DNA of 64,000 nt from Acidobacteriota bacterium (lineage in GTDB: Bacteria > Acidobacteriota > UBA6911): assembly GCA_963664705.1 (NCBI GenBank), contig OY761556.1:6144001-6208000 (forward strand), read 5' to 3'. Made by a program: the position numbers and the translations under genes. This document shows, one piece after another, positions 47,837 through 57,559 of the stretch. Under the pieces are notes generated by a model, which was given only the letters and a program-made list of their open reading frames with translations, did no database searches and had not been told where the DNA came from. How positions within the stretch are numbered: the stretch's first letter is position 1; every line of letters begins with the position of its first letter.

Positions 47837-48601
47837 CTAGAGCAGACGGTCCGGTCCTGTCGGATTTTGCGGGAATGTCTCCGCAAATAGGGAAACTGCC
47901 ATTGGCCTTGCGGATAACCGGCCCGGCCGGTAATCCGCTTTCAATGCAGCAAGGTACGCCAGTTTGTTTATCACCCAGGCGTCATCCTTCTTTACATAAG
48001 AGACTTCGCAGACGCCGCCTTCCCACCCGTAAACAATTCCTTCTCCCTGCAGCCGAGCCATATCCACCAGCGAAGAATGCCCGGTCATTGGGACACCGAC
48101 CTGCATGGAATAAGGGAATTGACCGGTTGCGGTCATGCGGTCTTCCGCCACCTCCACGATATCCAACTGCCGGCCGGGATCCGATTCGAATCCGGGCACG
48201 GATTCGACCTTCTTCCCTGTTCGTCCGGAGGCGAAATGGTCGCAATACAGGCGTCGAATCCCGTCTTTTCCCACATAGAGACCGCCGTTATAAATCACCC
48301 GGGCGTCATCGGTGAACAGGCCGACGACCTCTTCGTACATGCCCTGATCGAGACGGGATTCGAATGACTGGTGCAGCCTGCGGATGGTGTTTGCGTCTTC
48401 GAGGCTTCCAATGCGGCTGGCAAGACGATCCAACTGTCCGCTTCGTCCGGCATCGGCATCTGCCTTGTGGGCTGGAATTCCCGCCACGGCCGATGCAACC
48501 ACCGCCGACATGGCCGCGCCGGTTTTCCAGATGAAGGAACGTCGTCCTGTATCCGGCTTGGTGTGGTTTCCGGCAACCGATTCAGGTTTTAGGATAGACA
48601 T
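47837..48601 (-). CDS. NTF2/SnoaL-like protein with Tat-like signal
   Basis: GRRSFIWK followed by an Ala-rich helix; LEDANTIRRL, LFTDDA and YVKKDDAW. Confidence 0.75.
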   Translation of the reverse strand: MSILKPESVAGNHTKPDTGRRSFIWKTGAAMSAVVASAVAGIPAHKADADAGRSGQLDRLASRIGSLEDANTIRRLHQSFESRLDQGMYEEVVGLFTDDARVIYNGGLYVGKDGIRRLYCDHFASGRTGKKVESVPGFESDPGRQLDIVEVAEDRMTATGQFPYSMQVGVPMTGHSSLVDMARLQGEGIVYGWEGGVCEVSYVKKDDAWVINKLAYLAALKADYRPGRLSARPMAVSLFAETFPQNPTGPDRLL

Positions 48602-48602
48602 C

Positions 48603-50411
48603 TTATGCTCCTTTCACTTTCGCATTCGGTCCGAAGAAGCGCTTTATATCGTAGCCTCCGATTTCGCGCGCAATTGCTCCGATAAGATTGAGACCGACGC
48701 CTCTTTCCCCACCCGAGAAGCCAAAGCCTGAAGCACGCTTCGTCTTTACATTTTCAATGATACAGGTTTCGGCGCCGTTGCAGCCCTCTTCCACCAGGTC
48801 GAAAATATATACGCCATCGCGAAGCTTTACATATAGAGCCGGGGCGCACCATTGCATTCCAAGTGTCTGGTTTGCCGTATAGATCGTCCATGAAGACGAA
48901 TGGGGTGTGGTGTAAAGGTGCATAGAAGTCATCTGATCGGAATAGGTTCTTGTGAAGCCGCGGCCAACCAGTTCGTGCGTGAATTCATGGCGTACATACC
49001 TCGGCGCATCGATGCCTTCCAATTCAGCTGCGCCAAAGATGGCTCTGTAAGAAACCTCATTCCCGTAATACTTCGTTCCCATCCTGGAAAGAATGCATGT
49101 GGTCAGCCCGTTGGTCAGGTCCAGGGCGATTCTTCTGCAGGTCCGTGGTTTGCTCCCGGTAACGATGTGGGCGAAGAATACCAGTTTTTCATCCGACTCA
49201 AAGGCGCGGTAGGTCTCCTTTTGCCAGTCCTTGTCGCCGTCCTTCTTCCACTGGAGGTTATACAGGTCGAGGACTTTATAGTTCCAGGCCGGTCCCTCGT
49301 TGTCATAGCGGAGAGTGAATTCCTTGCCGATCAGCAGGTCACTTAACGGCAGCACGTTGCCACCCATTCCGCCGCCCTGTTCCTGTGGGGTATTGGCGTC
49401 GCCGGTGAAAGTCCGGGTACTTTTTTCAGCCGCCTGCTGAACCTCTTCATCGGTCATGTTTTTGAAATCTCTGCCCGGACGATAGACAATTCGCTGCCCC
49501 TTGGGCGGTTTGGCGGCCGGCTGGCTTGGTTGTGTTGCATTGGTCCTGCCGAGATCGACTTTATCGCCGTGCTCATCGAAGGGGGCGAGTGAGGTCAAAT
49601 GGCCCACCACTTTCCCGGTTCCCCGGAACAAGTAATATTCCAGGTCGTCCTTTTCGTTGAAGCCAAAGCGCATGCCCGCCTGGGTTTCCGTAAACAGGTC
49701 GAGGACGTACATGGTCATGATGCCGGAAAGCTCGCATTCCGTTCTCTGGTAGATAAAGAGGTTGTCATTGATCATTACATAGTCTGACGGTGCGCAGTAG
49801 CTGAGATCATCGGCATGACGGGTAAGCTCGACGAAATTCGAGGAGGAGACCGACGGATACAAGTCCAGGGTCTCGATCCCTGTGTCCTGTTTCCAGTACA
49901 TGCCGGAGCCCTCGAGCCGGTTGGTTGTGTGATGCCGCTTTTTCGGCGCTTCTTTTCCCGAGACCTCTACATAGCCGAAATAAATCTGGCGCTGTACTTC
50001 CCGGTCATCGATCATGAATTCTTTTTTTGACATCGTGACTTCTTTCTTGCCGCTGCAAAGCCATATTTCAAAGACCGTGGCAAGATTTGTATTCAGATCG
50101 ACGAAGACGTTATAGCCCTTCCGGGCTTTGGGCAGAAGGTGGGAGAAAAACACCACGTTCTTTAGCGACAGGGCGCCATAGGACGATTCCACTGCGGCGC
50201 CGCCATCTTCGACCAGAGTCAGCTTGTTCCTGCCCTTAAATGAGTAGTTCAAAACCGGGCCATTGTCGGTCACGATCTTGAGCGACTTCCCGTTGAGAGC
50301 ATCCGATAATTCGGATGCACATTTCGGGCCGGCGGCAGTTGCGGCCAGCTTGCGATCGATTTGATCGCTGCTGAGTTTGGTGTACTTAAATCGATGCATC
50401 GGCTCGTTCAT
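48603..50411 (-). CDS. Duplicated MoaF-like (beta-barrel) protein
   Basis: Two internal repeats, each with a L.GK...DN.GP...Y N-domain and an RH..T..L.G C-domain, resembling MoaF N and C domains. Confidence 0.7.
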   Translation of the reverse strand: MNEPMHRFKYTKLSSDQIDRKLAATAAGPKCASELSDALNGKSLKIVTDNGPVLNYSFKGRNKLTLVEDGGAAVESSYGALSLKNVVFFSHLLPKARKGYNVFVDLNTNLATVFEIWLCSGKKEVTMSKKEFMIDDREVQRQIYFGYVEVSGKEAPKKRHHTTNRLEGSGMYWKQDTGIETLDLYPSVSSSNFVELTRHADDLSYCAPSDYVMINDNLFIYQRTECELSGIMTMYVLDLFTETQAGMRFGFNEKDDLEYYLFRGTGKVVGHLTSLAPFDEHGDKVDLGRTNATQPSQPAAKPPKGQRIVYRPGRDFKNMTDEEVQQAAEKSTRTFTGDANTPQEQGGGMGGNVLPLSDLLIGKEFTLRYDNEGPAWNYKVLDLYNLQWKKDGDKDWQKETYRAFESDEKLVFFAHIVTGSKPRTCRRIALDLTNGLTTCILSRMGTKYYGNEVSYRAIFGAAELEGIDAPRYVRHEFTHELVGRGFTRTYSDQMTSMHLYTTPHSSSWTIYTANQTLGMQWCAPALYVKLRDGVYIFDLVEEGCNGAETCIIENVKTKRASGFGFSGGERGVGLNLIGAIAREIGGYDIKRFFGPNAKVKGA

Positions 50412-50649
50412 TTGCTCGTCTCCTAAAGAAATCAGTTTTGTTGCGAAATCATATTCGAACGAAGTCTGATAAGTACCTGGGCTGCCGTTCGGAGTTCCGG
50501 AGGCCCCCCGATCAGCTCAATAATTTAAGTAAAATGAAAATGTGTGGGGATATTACTACGAGAGAACACCGGGAACACGGAAAAAACACGGTGAAATGAA
50601 GGACGTTGCACCGTGCTTTTCCCCGGGAATTTCGCGGGCTCCCAACGCT

Positions 50650-51885
50650 TTAGGAGAACTCGCGCGTGCAGTCCATCAGAGCCTGCACATTTTCGATTCT
50701 GGCTTCGTCCAGCACGGCACCCGCGCTCATGATGTATCCGCCGTCCCTGCCAACGGAATCGAGGAGCTTTTTGCAGTAGTGTCGCACCTGGTCCACAGTT
50801 CCGGTGGATAGGAGGGACATGGGAACATTTCCCATGATGCAGACCTTTCCTCCCAGGATGGCTTTTGCCTGCAGCATATCCACGTTTTCAAACCAGTAGA
50901 TTATCTTGCCTTCGGGCACGTCGGCAATCGTGTCAAGCCTTGAATGGTAGGGCCCTTCCACCAGCAGGACCGGTGTGAGATTCTCCCGGACAAGCGCCAG
51001 CAGCAACTCGCGCAGCGTGGGCCAGTAGAATCGTTTGAACTGCTCCAGGGACATGAAATTATCCGACCCCTTGTGCAGCGGGATCAGCACGCGTGGATTC
51101 CCCGACATTTTGGCTGCCGGAACGGCCGTTTCCAGCATGATGGGAAGGAGCTTTTCGCAGGCGGCCGTCAATTTGTCCGGACGCCGGTACATATCGAGAA
51201 GAATGCCTCGCGTGCCCCGGAAATAATCTCCAAGAGTGTCAAACGGCGCCTGCGTGCCAGAGGCGAAGAACATCGGGAATCCGGCCTGTGCGAGTTTGCC
51301 GACAAAACCCTGAAGCGCAGCCAGTGATTTGGCCGACTCTTCTCCCGCTTTTCGCAGCGCTTCCAGGGCTTCGATCCCTTGTGGGCTGGCCAATGGGATG
51401 AACCCTGAAGTCAGTCCGAAAAAATAGCTCATGATTGTGCGGATAGGGGGGAGTTGGCCCAATATGCCAAGTTTTCCGAGCGTCCTGGGCCAGTATTTGC
51501 GAATCAGATAGTCGGAAGGATCAAATAGGAAAGCATCGTATTCTTCCGCTTTCATGTACTCCCCCTCGACATACTGATACCCGTAATCGTCCGGCAATCC
51601 GTATCCCGACCATTGAAGCTGCTTGTAATCGAGAGTCTCCAGCACTGAACCGAAAGTCAGCGGAGCGGACGCCATGTCCGGTTTGAAATCCAGCGTCGCC
51701 TTCAGATTTGCTTCGTAGCTTTTTTCAAGATCGTACAGTTCATCTTTGCGACTGATGCCGGCGTATCGGCTGGCAAAAGCCCCAAACAGGATAACCGCTG
51801 GAATCTGTGAGGGTTTCTTCAACGCCAGTGCATCCAAAACTCGTTGTTCCCGTTCCTGGTAAAGCTGCAGGGCAGTCTTTGTCAT
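50650..51885 (-). CDS. Uroporphyrinogen-decarboxylase-fold (URO-D/MtaA-like) protein
   Basis: YMKAEEYD, APFD..GD..RG, DMYRRPDK, FYWPTL, GNVP and GGYIM. Confidence 0.85.
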   Translation of the reverse strand: MTKTALQLYQEREQRVLDALALKKPSQIPAVILFGAFASRYAGISRKDELYDLEKSYEANLKATLDFKPDMASAPLTFGSVLETLDYKQLQWSGYGLPDDYGYQYVEGEYMKAEEYDAFLFDPSDYLIRKYWPRTLGKLGILGQLPPIRTIMSYFFGLTSGFIPLASPQGIEALEALRKAGEESAKSLAALQGFVGKLAQAGFPMFFASGTQAPFDTLGDYFRGTRGILLDMYRRPDKLTAACEKLLPIMLETAVPAAKMSGNPRVLIPLHKGSDNFMSLEQFKRFYWPTLRELLLALVRENLTPVLLVEGPYHSRLDTIADVPEGKIIYWFENVDMLQAKAILGGKVCIMGNVPMSLLSTGTVDQVRHYCKKLLDSVGRDGGYIMSAGAVLDEARIENVQALMDCTREFS

Positions 51886-51972
51886 TGGCAGGTCTCCAAT
51901 TGTCTGGGCTGGCTGTTATTGTAACAGAATGAAAAAGCGGGAGTATCGAGTTTCGAAGGGGGAATGGGGCAG

Positions 51973-52004
51973 GTGAGATTCGTGGCATTTGCCACGAATC
52001 TCAC
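51973..52004. repeat. REP-like palindrome, family A
   Basis: GTGAGATTCGTGGCA / TGCCACGAATCTCAC 15-bp inverted repeat just downstream of the OMP gene. Confidence 0.65.
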
Positions 52005-52014
52005 GAGAGTATTT

Positions 52015-53304
52015 TTAGAAGCGATAGAAGAGCCCTACGCTTACCGGAATCGTTCTTCGCGATCCATAACCGTAGAATGATTTGAGACCGGAAATCGGCG
52101 GTCCGCTTAACGTCGAGTAGGATTCGAACCCGGGCCCGGTCAGCAGCTGGATGTCCGGAGCTGTCGGAGAGCCGGTTTTCGTGGTTGCCTTTACCACCCA
52201 CGCCTTGTTGGCGGTGTTGGTGTGGGTGGCATCCAGCAGCGTGAGCATGGTGTTCTTGTTGAAATAAGCTCTTGCGTCCACCCGGAGTCCGATGTGTGCA
52301 CTCAGATAAATCTTGACCCCGAATCCGACCATCTCCGTAAAGGTGTGGTTGCTGGACCGGGTGACCTTGATGCTGAATGTATCCGTTTCCTGGGCATTGG
52401 GGCCGCCATAGGAACCCTGCATCGTGGCTCCCACCGTTTTGTCTTCATTGAAAACAAAACCGGCTCCGGCGGTGACATACGGATGAAGTCCAAAGGTTTT
52501 TGGCAGGTTGACGACGAAAGCTCCAGTCGTGAAGGTCTCGTGGCCACCGTCCTGCGATAGGGTGTAGGTCGAGCTGGTTTCGGTGTTGCCCGGTACGTCC
52601 AGCCGCTGCCAGAATTTCTTAAAGGTGGCGTCCGCCGCCTTTATTCCGGTGACCGCTTCGTTCGTCATTCCAATTTTGTTGCCGCGATCCAGCGAGAATT
52701 CCGCACCCAGCCACTTATTCAGGCTGCGACTGATCCTGAATCCATACAGCTTTTCTGATGGCTCGATAATCGGCTTGATCAGTGTGTCCTGCAAGGAGGT
52801 TGTGGTTCCAATCAACTCGGCGCCGTCGCCAACGTACCACGAGGACACGCGATTGCTTTGGTATCCCTGGGCCCCGGATCCTAACAGCGAGTATGCTTCC
52901 GCCGAAGGCAACAGCGTGTACCCGCCAGTCTGGTGCGTACGGGACAGACCTCCGTGGACCTCCACTTCCCATTTGAATCGCGATCCGGCGACCGAAGGGG
53001 CTACTTTTTGAGCCTTCTTGCCTTTGGAAGCGATTTTTGGTGGTCCCTGACGTCTCGCCATTGCCAGGATCACCTTTTCAGGTACCTTCTGCTCCTGCAG
53101 CGCGACAACGCTCTCATTGCTTATTTCGAAATTTGGCGTTGCTGTTTCGATGGCACGAATGATGTCTGCCTCCGACATCCCGGACTGTACCATCTTGACG
53201 ACATCGGCATTTGTCATGGGCTGTCCCTTGCCCTGCGCCATGACAAGAGCGCTGCCAAGAAATAATAAGACTGCCGTAACAGCGACTAAAAGGCGGCGTA
53301 TCAT
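52015..53304 (-). CDS. Outer-membrane beta-barrel protein with N-terminal helical domain
   Basis: Signal peptide, MTNADVVKMV..G..E..I domain, PYVTAGAG, GLRVDAR and terminal GLFYRF. Confidence 0.75.
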   Translation of the reverse strand: MIRRLLVAVTAVLLFLGSALVMAQGKGQPMTNADVVKMVQSGMSEADIIRAIETATPNFEISNESVVALQEQKVPEKVILAMARRQGPPKIASKGKKAQKVAPSVAGSRFKWEVEVHGGLSRTHQTGGYTLLPSAEAYSLLGSGAQGYQSNRVSSWYVGDGAELIGTTTSLQDTLIKPIIEPSEKLYGFRISRSLNKWLGAEFSLDRGNKIGMTNEAVTGIKAADATFKKFWQRLDVPGNTETSSTYTLSQDGGHETFTTGAFVVNLPKTFGLHPYVTAGAGFVFNEDKTVGATMQGSYGGPNAQETDTFSIKVTRSSNHTFTEMVGFGVKIYLSAHIGLRVDARAYFNKNTMLTLLDATHTNTANKAWVVKATTKTGSPTAPDIQLLTGPGFESYSTLSGPPISGLKSFYGYGSRRTIPVSVGLFYRF

Positions 53305-53384
53305 TCAATCACCCCCGCGACAATATTCAATCCTGAAGCAAAGCCGAAATATTAGCCGTTTTTTGGACTGGCGCCAATAATTCT

Positions 53385-56204
53385 TTATTTCGTGGAGGCT
53401 TGTGTCTTTCCTGATTCCAGCGGAAGCGCGGTCAGGAGCCCCTGGTTATCGAGCAGTGCGACCGCAGCGAATGTGGCACCCGCCCGCGCACGAATCGTCA
53501 AAGTCCCACTGAATTTGGTCATGGCCAGATCCTGGGAAAGGTATTTGGCAACCTGCTGTTTAGGACCGATAGTGAAGGCTACCGTGTCTCCAATGCCGGC
53601 TCCATCTATGTCCGTCAACGACACCTCGATGTCGATGGTTTCATCTCCCGGGTTTGCTATGGCATAGGCAATCCACTTCCCCTGGTCGCCGTCGTTGTCC
53701 ACCGCAACCGTTGCAGATTCCAGCTCTCTTGATTGGAGAACCCCGGTGACAGTCTGCAGTCTGGAATTGAGCGGATACTCAAAGGTCACTGACCCGGAAA
53801 GAGAATTGTCCGAGGTTTCCAGCTCACCCCATCCGATCTGAATCGGATTTTCCGATGCAACTTCCGCAGCGGTCAGAAATAGTCTGCTTTGCGCGGGAAC
53901 TGTAACCTGGAAGGCGCTTCCCGAGGTGACAACCTGGGTAATTCCAGCTGCATCGCTGGCAGTGGCGCGAATCCGGAGAGGGTTTCCCTGGGAATCGGTC
54001 AGGCGCAACGTACCGCTTGCGGTTTTCGTGCCCGTGTTGCTGAGCGTGAATAGCGTGGAGTAGCCGCTGCCTACCGCTACCTGGGGAAAGAGGTTGGCCG
54101 TAGCGTCAATCGCGATCTTGCGGATTCTATTGTTGTCATAGTCCGCAACGAACAGGTTTCCGGAGTTGTCTCCCGCGATCCCCATGGGGTAGTTGAGCTG
54201 GGCCAGGGTGGCCTTTCCACCGTCGCCGCTGAATCCGGCGGTAGCAATGCCGGCAAAGGTGCTGATCACTCCCGAGGAGGATACTTTTCGGATGCGGCTG
54301 TTCTGGTGATCGACAATATACAGATTGCCTGCGGCATCCACCGTGACTCCAGTCGGAACGTTCAATTCCGCGGAGGTCGCCGGTCCGCCATCACCGCTGA
54401 ATGCTGCGCTCCCTATTCCTGCCACTGTACTGATAACGCCGGCCGGAGTCACTTTGCGTACACAATTGTTCCCCGAATCCGCGATATAGATGTTGCCCGC
54501 TCCATCCGCCGCTAATCCGGCAGGGAATTGCAGCTGCGCGGTGGCAGCCGGCCCGCCATCACCGCTGTATCCCGCGATTCCGGCGCCGGCAAAGGTGCTG
54601 ATGACGCCATCGGTCGTCATCTTGCGAACTCGATGATTTGAGGTGTCGGAGATAAACAGGTTCCCGGCACCATCCACCGCAACTCCCCACGGGGAGTTCA
54701 GCTGTGCGGCCGTGGCAGCGCTGCCGTCACCGCTGTAGCCCTGCGTTCCATTCCCGGCAACGGTGCTGATGACCCCGGCGGTCGTAACTTTTCGAATGCG
54801 CTGATTTACGGAATCTGCAATGAAGAGATTTCCCGATGCATCCACCGCGACGCCAACAGGGTTGGATAGCTTTGCCGATGTGGCCGCACTGCCATCACCG
54901 CTGAATCCATTATTCCCATCGCCGGCCACCGTGCTGATTATCCCGGCGGTTGTTACTTTGCGAATGCGTGAATTGGCTGAATCCGCGATAAAAAGGTTGC
55001 CTGCCTTGTCTACGGCAACTGCAGTCGGCAGATAAAATTGGGCGGAGGTGGCCAGTCCACCGTCGCCGCCAAATCCCTGGGCTCCCATTCCGGCAACCGT
55101 AGAGATGTTGCCATCCGTTTTTACCTGGCGAACGCGCCGGTTAACGTAGTCTGCGATCAAGATATTGCCGGATGAGTCGACGCTGATGCCTGTCGCGAAC
55201 GAAATCTGGGCGGAGGTGGCCTTCCCGCCGTCGCCGCCAAATCCCGATATGCCCGTTCCTGCCACGGTGCTTATGGACCCGCCCACGGTCATTTTGCGTA
55301 TGCGGTAGTTGTAAGCATCTGCAATATAGATGTTGCCGGAAGAATCCAACGCAATGCCTATCGGGTAACCAAACTTGGCGTTGAGCGCCGACCCGCCATC
55401 GCCGTTGAAACCGATCTCTCCGTTCCCGGCAATCGTGCTGATGTCCCCATTGGTTTTGATTTCACGTATCCGCTGATTGGCCGTGTCGGCAATGTAGATC
55501 ACACCTGCGCTATCAATGGCCACCGCCATTGGCTGATTCAGCGTTGCGTTGACGGCATCGTTTTCGCCGGTCGTGTTGTTCTCGTCGTCCTCGCTAAAGC
55601 CCACGCCGCCGGTCCCGGCTACCGTGGTGATGGTCCCATCGGTTAATTTGCGGATTCGATTGTTGCAGGAATCTGCAATATACAGATTGTTCACGGAATT
55701 GAGCGCCAGTCCGACTGGGCGGCACAGTTGAGCTTCAGTAGCAATCGCATCATCTCCGCCGTATCCACGGTCCCCATTACCGGCTATGGTGCTGATGATC
55801 CCGCCAGGACTGACCTTGCGGATTCGATTGTTGTCGGAATCCGAAATATATAGATTCCCTGTCGAATCCAGGGCCAGGCCCGTAGGGTGGAAAAGCTGAG
55901 CCGAAGTTGCCGGACCGCCGTCCCCGCTGAAACCAGGAGTATTGTTGCCCGCCACGCGAGTGATTTTCCCGTCCACCGTAACCCGGTAGACATTGTTTTG
56001 CCCGCTGATCGCAACGTAGAAACCACCCGTTCCATCCGGAGCGAGAGACGATGGACCGTCCAGCGGCTGCGCCGTGGCGAGAGCACCATTCACCGGTAAC
56101 CCCGGCCCGGCATAGGTCGTAATGATTCCGGACTGGGCAAAGCCGGTCATGCTCACAATGGCAAGAAGTAATATGGCTAAAGCGATTCGAGTTGATGACC
56201 TCAC
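53385..56204 (-). CDS. Secreted NHL-repeat (teneurin-like) protein, 12 repeats
   Basis: Twelve ~56-aa repeats (ISTVAG..GFSGDGG.AT.AQL..P.G.AVD..GNL.IAD..N.RIRKV) plus a C-terminal FPQVAVG domain; GTG 56204 with AGGAGG RBS. Confidence 0.9.
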   Translation of the reverse strand: MRSSTRIALAILLLAIVSMTGFAQSGIITTYAGPGLPVNGALATAQPLDGPSSLAPDGTGGFYVAISGQNNVYRVTVDGKITRVAGNNTPGFSGDGGPATSAQLFHPTGLALDSTGNLYISDSDNNRIRKVSPGGIISTIAGNGDRGYGGDDAIATEAQLCRPVGLALNSVNNLYIADSCNNRIRKLTDGTITTVAGTGGVGFSEDDENNTTGENDAVNATLNQPMAVAIDSAGVIYIADTANQRIREIKTNGDISTIAGNGEIGFNGDGGSALNAKFGYPIGIALDSSGNIYIADAYNYRIRKMTVGGSISTVAGTGISGFGGDGGKATSAQISFATGISVDSSGNILIADYVNRRVRQVKTDGNISTVAGMGAQGFGGDGGLATSAQFYLPTAVAVDKAGNLFIADSANSRIRKVTTAGIISTVAGDGNNGFSGDGSAATSAKLSNPVGVAVDASGNLFIADSVNQRIRKVTTAGVISTVAGNGTQGYSGDGSAATAAQLNSPWGVAVDGAGNLFISDTSNHRVRKMTTDGVISTFAGAGIAGYSGDGGPAATAQLQFPAGLAADGAGNIYIADSGNNCVRKVTPAGVISTVAGIGSAAFSGDGGPATSAELNVPTGVTVDAAGNLYIVDHQNSRIRKVSSSGVISTFAGIATAGFSGDGGKATLAQLNYPMGIAGDNSGNLFVADYDNNRIRKIAIDATANLFPQVAVGSGYSTLFTLSNTGTKTASGTLRLTDSQGNPLRIRATASDAAGITQVVTSGSAFQVTVPAQSRLFLTAAEVASENPIQIGWGELETSDNSLSGSVTFEYPLNSRLQTVTGVLQSRELESATVAVDNDGDQGKWIAYAIANPGDETIDIEVSLTDIDGAGIGDTVAFTIGPKQQVAKYLSQDLAMTKFSGTLTIRARAGATFAAVALLDNQGLLTALPLESGKTQASTK

Positions 56205-56560
56205 GATAATCCTCCTGAGCTCCTTCAGCATATATCGGGATTGGAGTCCTGTACGCCGGACTGCTGCCGAATTGCAGGGATTCCGAAAACAGTCTAATCG
56301 ATTCTAACGCAGCAAATCCTTGCAGGATCATTCTTACATAAAACAGACACTCCTATCCTTATAATTGTGCTCATTTCTGTAGACGGGATATTAGGCGTTA
56401 CGGGTCATAATTGGCCATGGGGATTCTGGAATTTACATGGATTTAACAAAATCCCGCCTCGCCACAGCGGCCGGGGATTCGACGGGTTTTTGCGTTTCGC
56501 CGGAGCCTGAGGTAGTATGGCTTCAAGCCGGAATAATCGCTTCTCTGGAGAAGGTTTAGC

Positions 56561-57514
56561 ATGGACGCCAAAAAAATCCGACTCGGGATCAGTACCTGCC
56601 TTCTGGGTGAACCGGTTCGCTATGACGGCGGACATAAGCTGGATCGATTCCTGACCGAGACCCTCGGCCAATATGTTGAGTATATACCGGTTTGTCCGGA
56701 AGTTGAATGCGGCTTGCCTGTGCCCCGGGAAGCCATGCACCTGGAAGGAGATCCGGAGGCGCCCCGGCTGGTCACCATTCATTCCCGGGTGGATTTGACG
56801 GATCAAATGAGCCATTGGGCAAAGAGGCGCGTAGCCGCTCTCGAAAAAGAGGGCTTAATGGGCTTCATTTTTAAAAGCGATTCTCCCAGCAGCGGCATGG
56901 AGCGCGTCAAAGTATATGGCGGGAAAGGAATGGCCGTGCGGAAAGGGATCGGGATGTTTGCCCGGGCATTCATAGAGCACTTCCCGTTGCTTCCGGTCGA
57001 AGAAGAAGGGCGTTTGCACGATCCCGAAATTCGCGAGAACTTTATCGAACGCATTTTTGCCCTTGCCCGGTGGCGCGCTCTACTGGCTGAAGCCGATGGG
57101 CTTGGCGGACTCGTCGAATTTCATGCGAGGCATAAGCTGCTTATCCTGTCGCACAGCACCCAAAGCTATCAGGAGATGGGACGGCTCGTGGCCGGGGCGA
57201 AGAAGTCATCCCTTCGGACGGTCCTGGACGGATATCAGAAAATGCTGATGGAGGCGCTGAAACTCCGAGCCACGCCGAAGAAGAATGCCAATGTTTTGAT
57301 GCACATGGCCGGGTATTTCAAGAATCAACTGTCGCTGGCTGAGAAGGCCGAGATGGCGCAGCTCATCGAGCAATACCGACTGGGCATGATTCCGCTAATC
57401 GTTCCCATTACTCTTATCAAGCATTTTGTCCTGGTGTTTGACCAGCCCTACCTCAGAGACCAGTACTACCTCAACCCACACCCCATCGAACTCCATCTCC
57501 GCAATCACGTTTAG
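56561..57514 (+). CDS. ybgA: YbgA family protein (DUF523 2-thiouracil-desulfurase-like + DUF1722)
   Basis: STCLLGEPVRYDGGHK, VCPEVECGL, SPSSG, EEEGRL and YLNPHP. Confidence 0.9.
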   Translation: MDAKKIRLGISTCLLGEPVRYDGGHKLDRFLTETLGQYVEYIPVCPEVECGLPVPREAMHLEGDPEAPRLVTIHSRVDLTDQMSHWAKRRVAALEKEGLMGFIFKSDSPSSGMERVKVYGGKGMAVRKGIGMFARAFIEHFPLLPVEEEGRLHDPEIRENFIERIFALARWRALLAEADGLGGLVEFHARHKLLILSHSTQSYQEMGRLVAGAKKSSLRTVLDGYQKMLMEALKLRATPKKNANVLMHMAGYFKNQLSLAEKAEMAQLIEQYRLGMIPLIVPITLIKHFVLVFDQPYLRDQYYLNPHPIELHLRNHV

Positions 57515-57559
57515 GGCGAGGTCGGTTCGACGGATGGCACTCAAGCGGTTAAGGTCGAT

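Noticed and set aside
50556-50645. AACACGG-like short repeats with a CACGGTG/CACCGTG inverted pair
   Set aside because: Too degenerate to define as an ncRNA or element; possibly another short-repeat hairpin.
54100-56100. ~168-bp periodic DNA repeats resembling an array
   Set aside because: They are degenerate coding NHL repeats, not a CRISPR array; no identical repeats with spacers and no cas genes.
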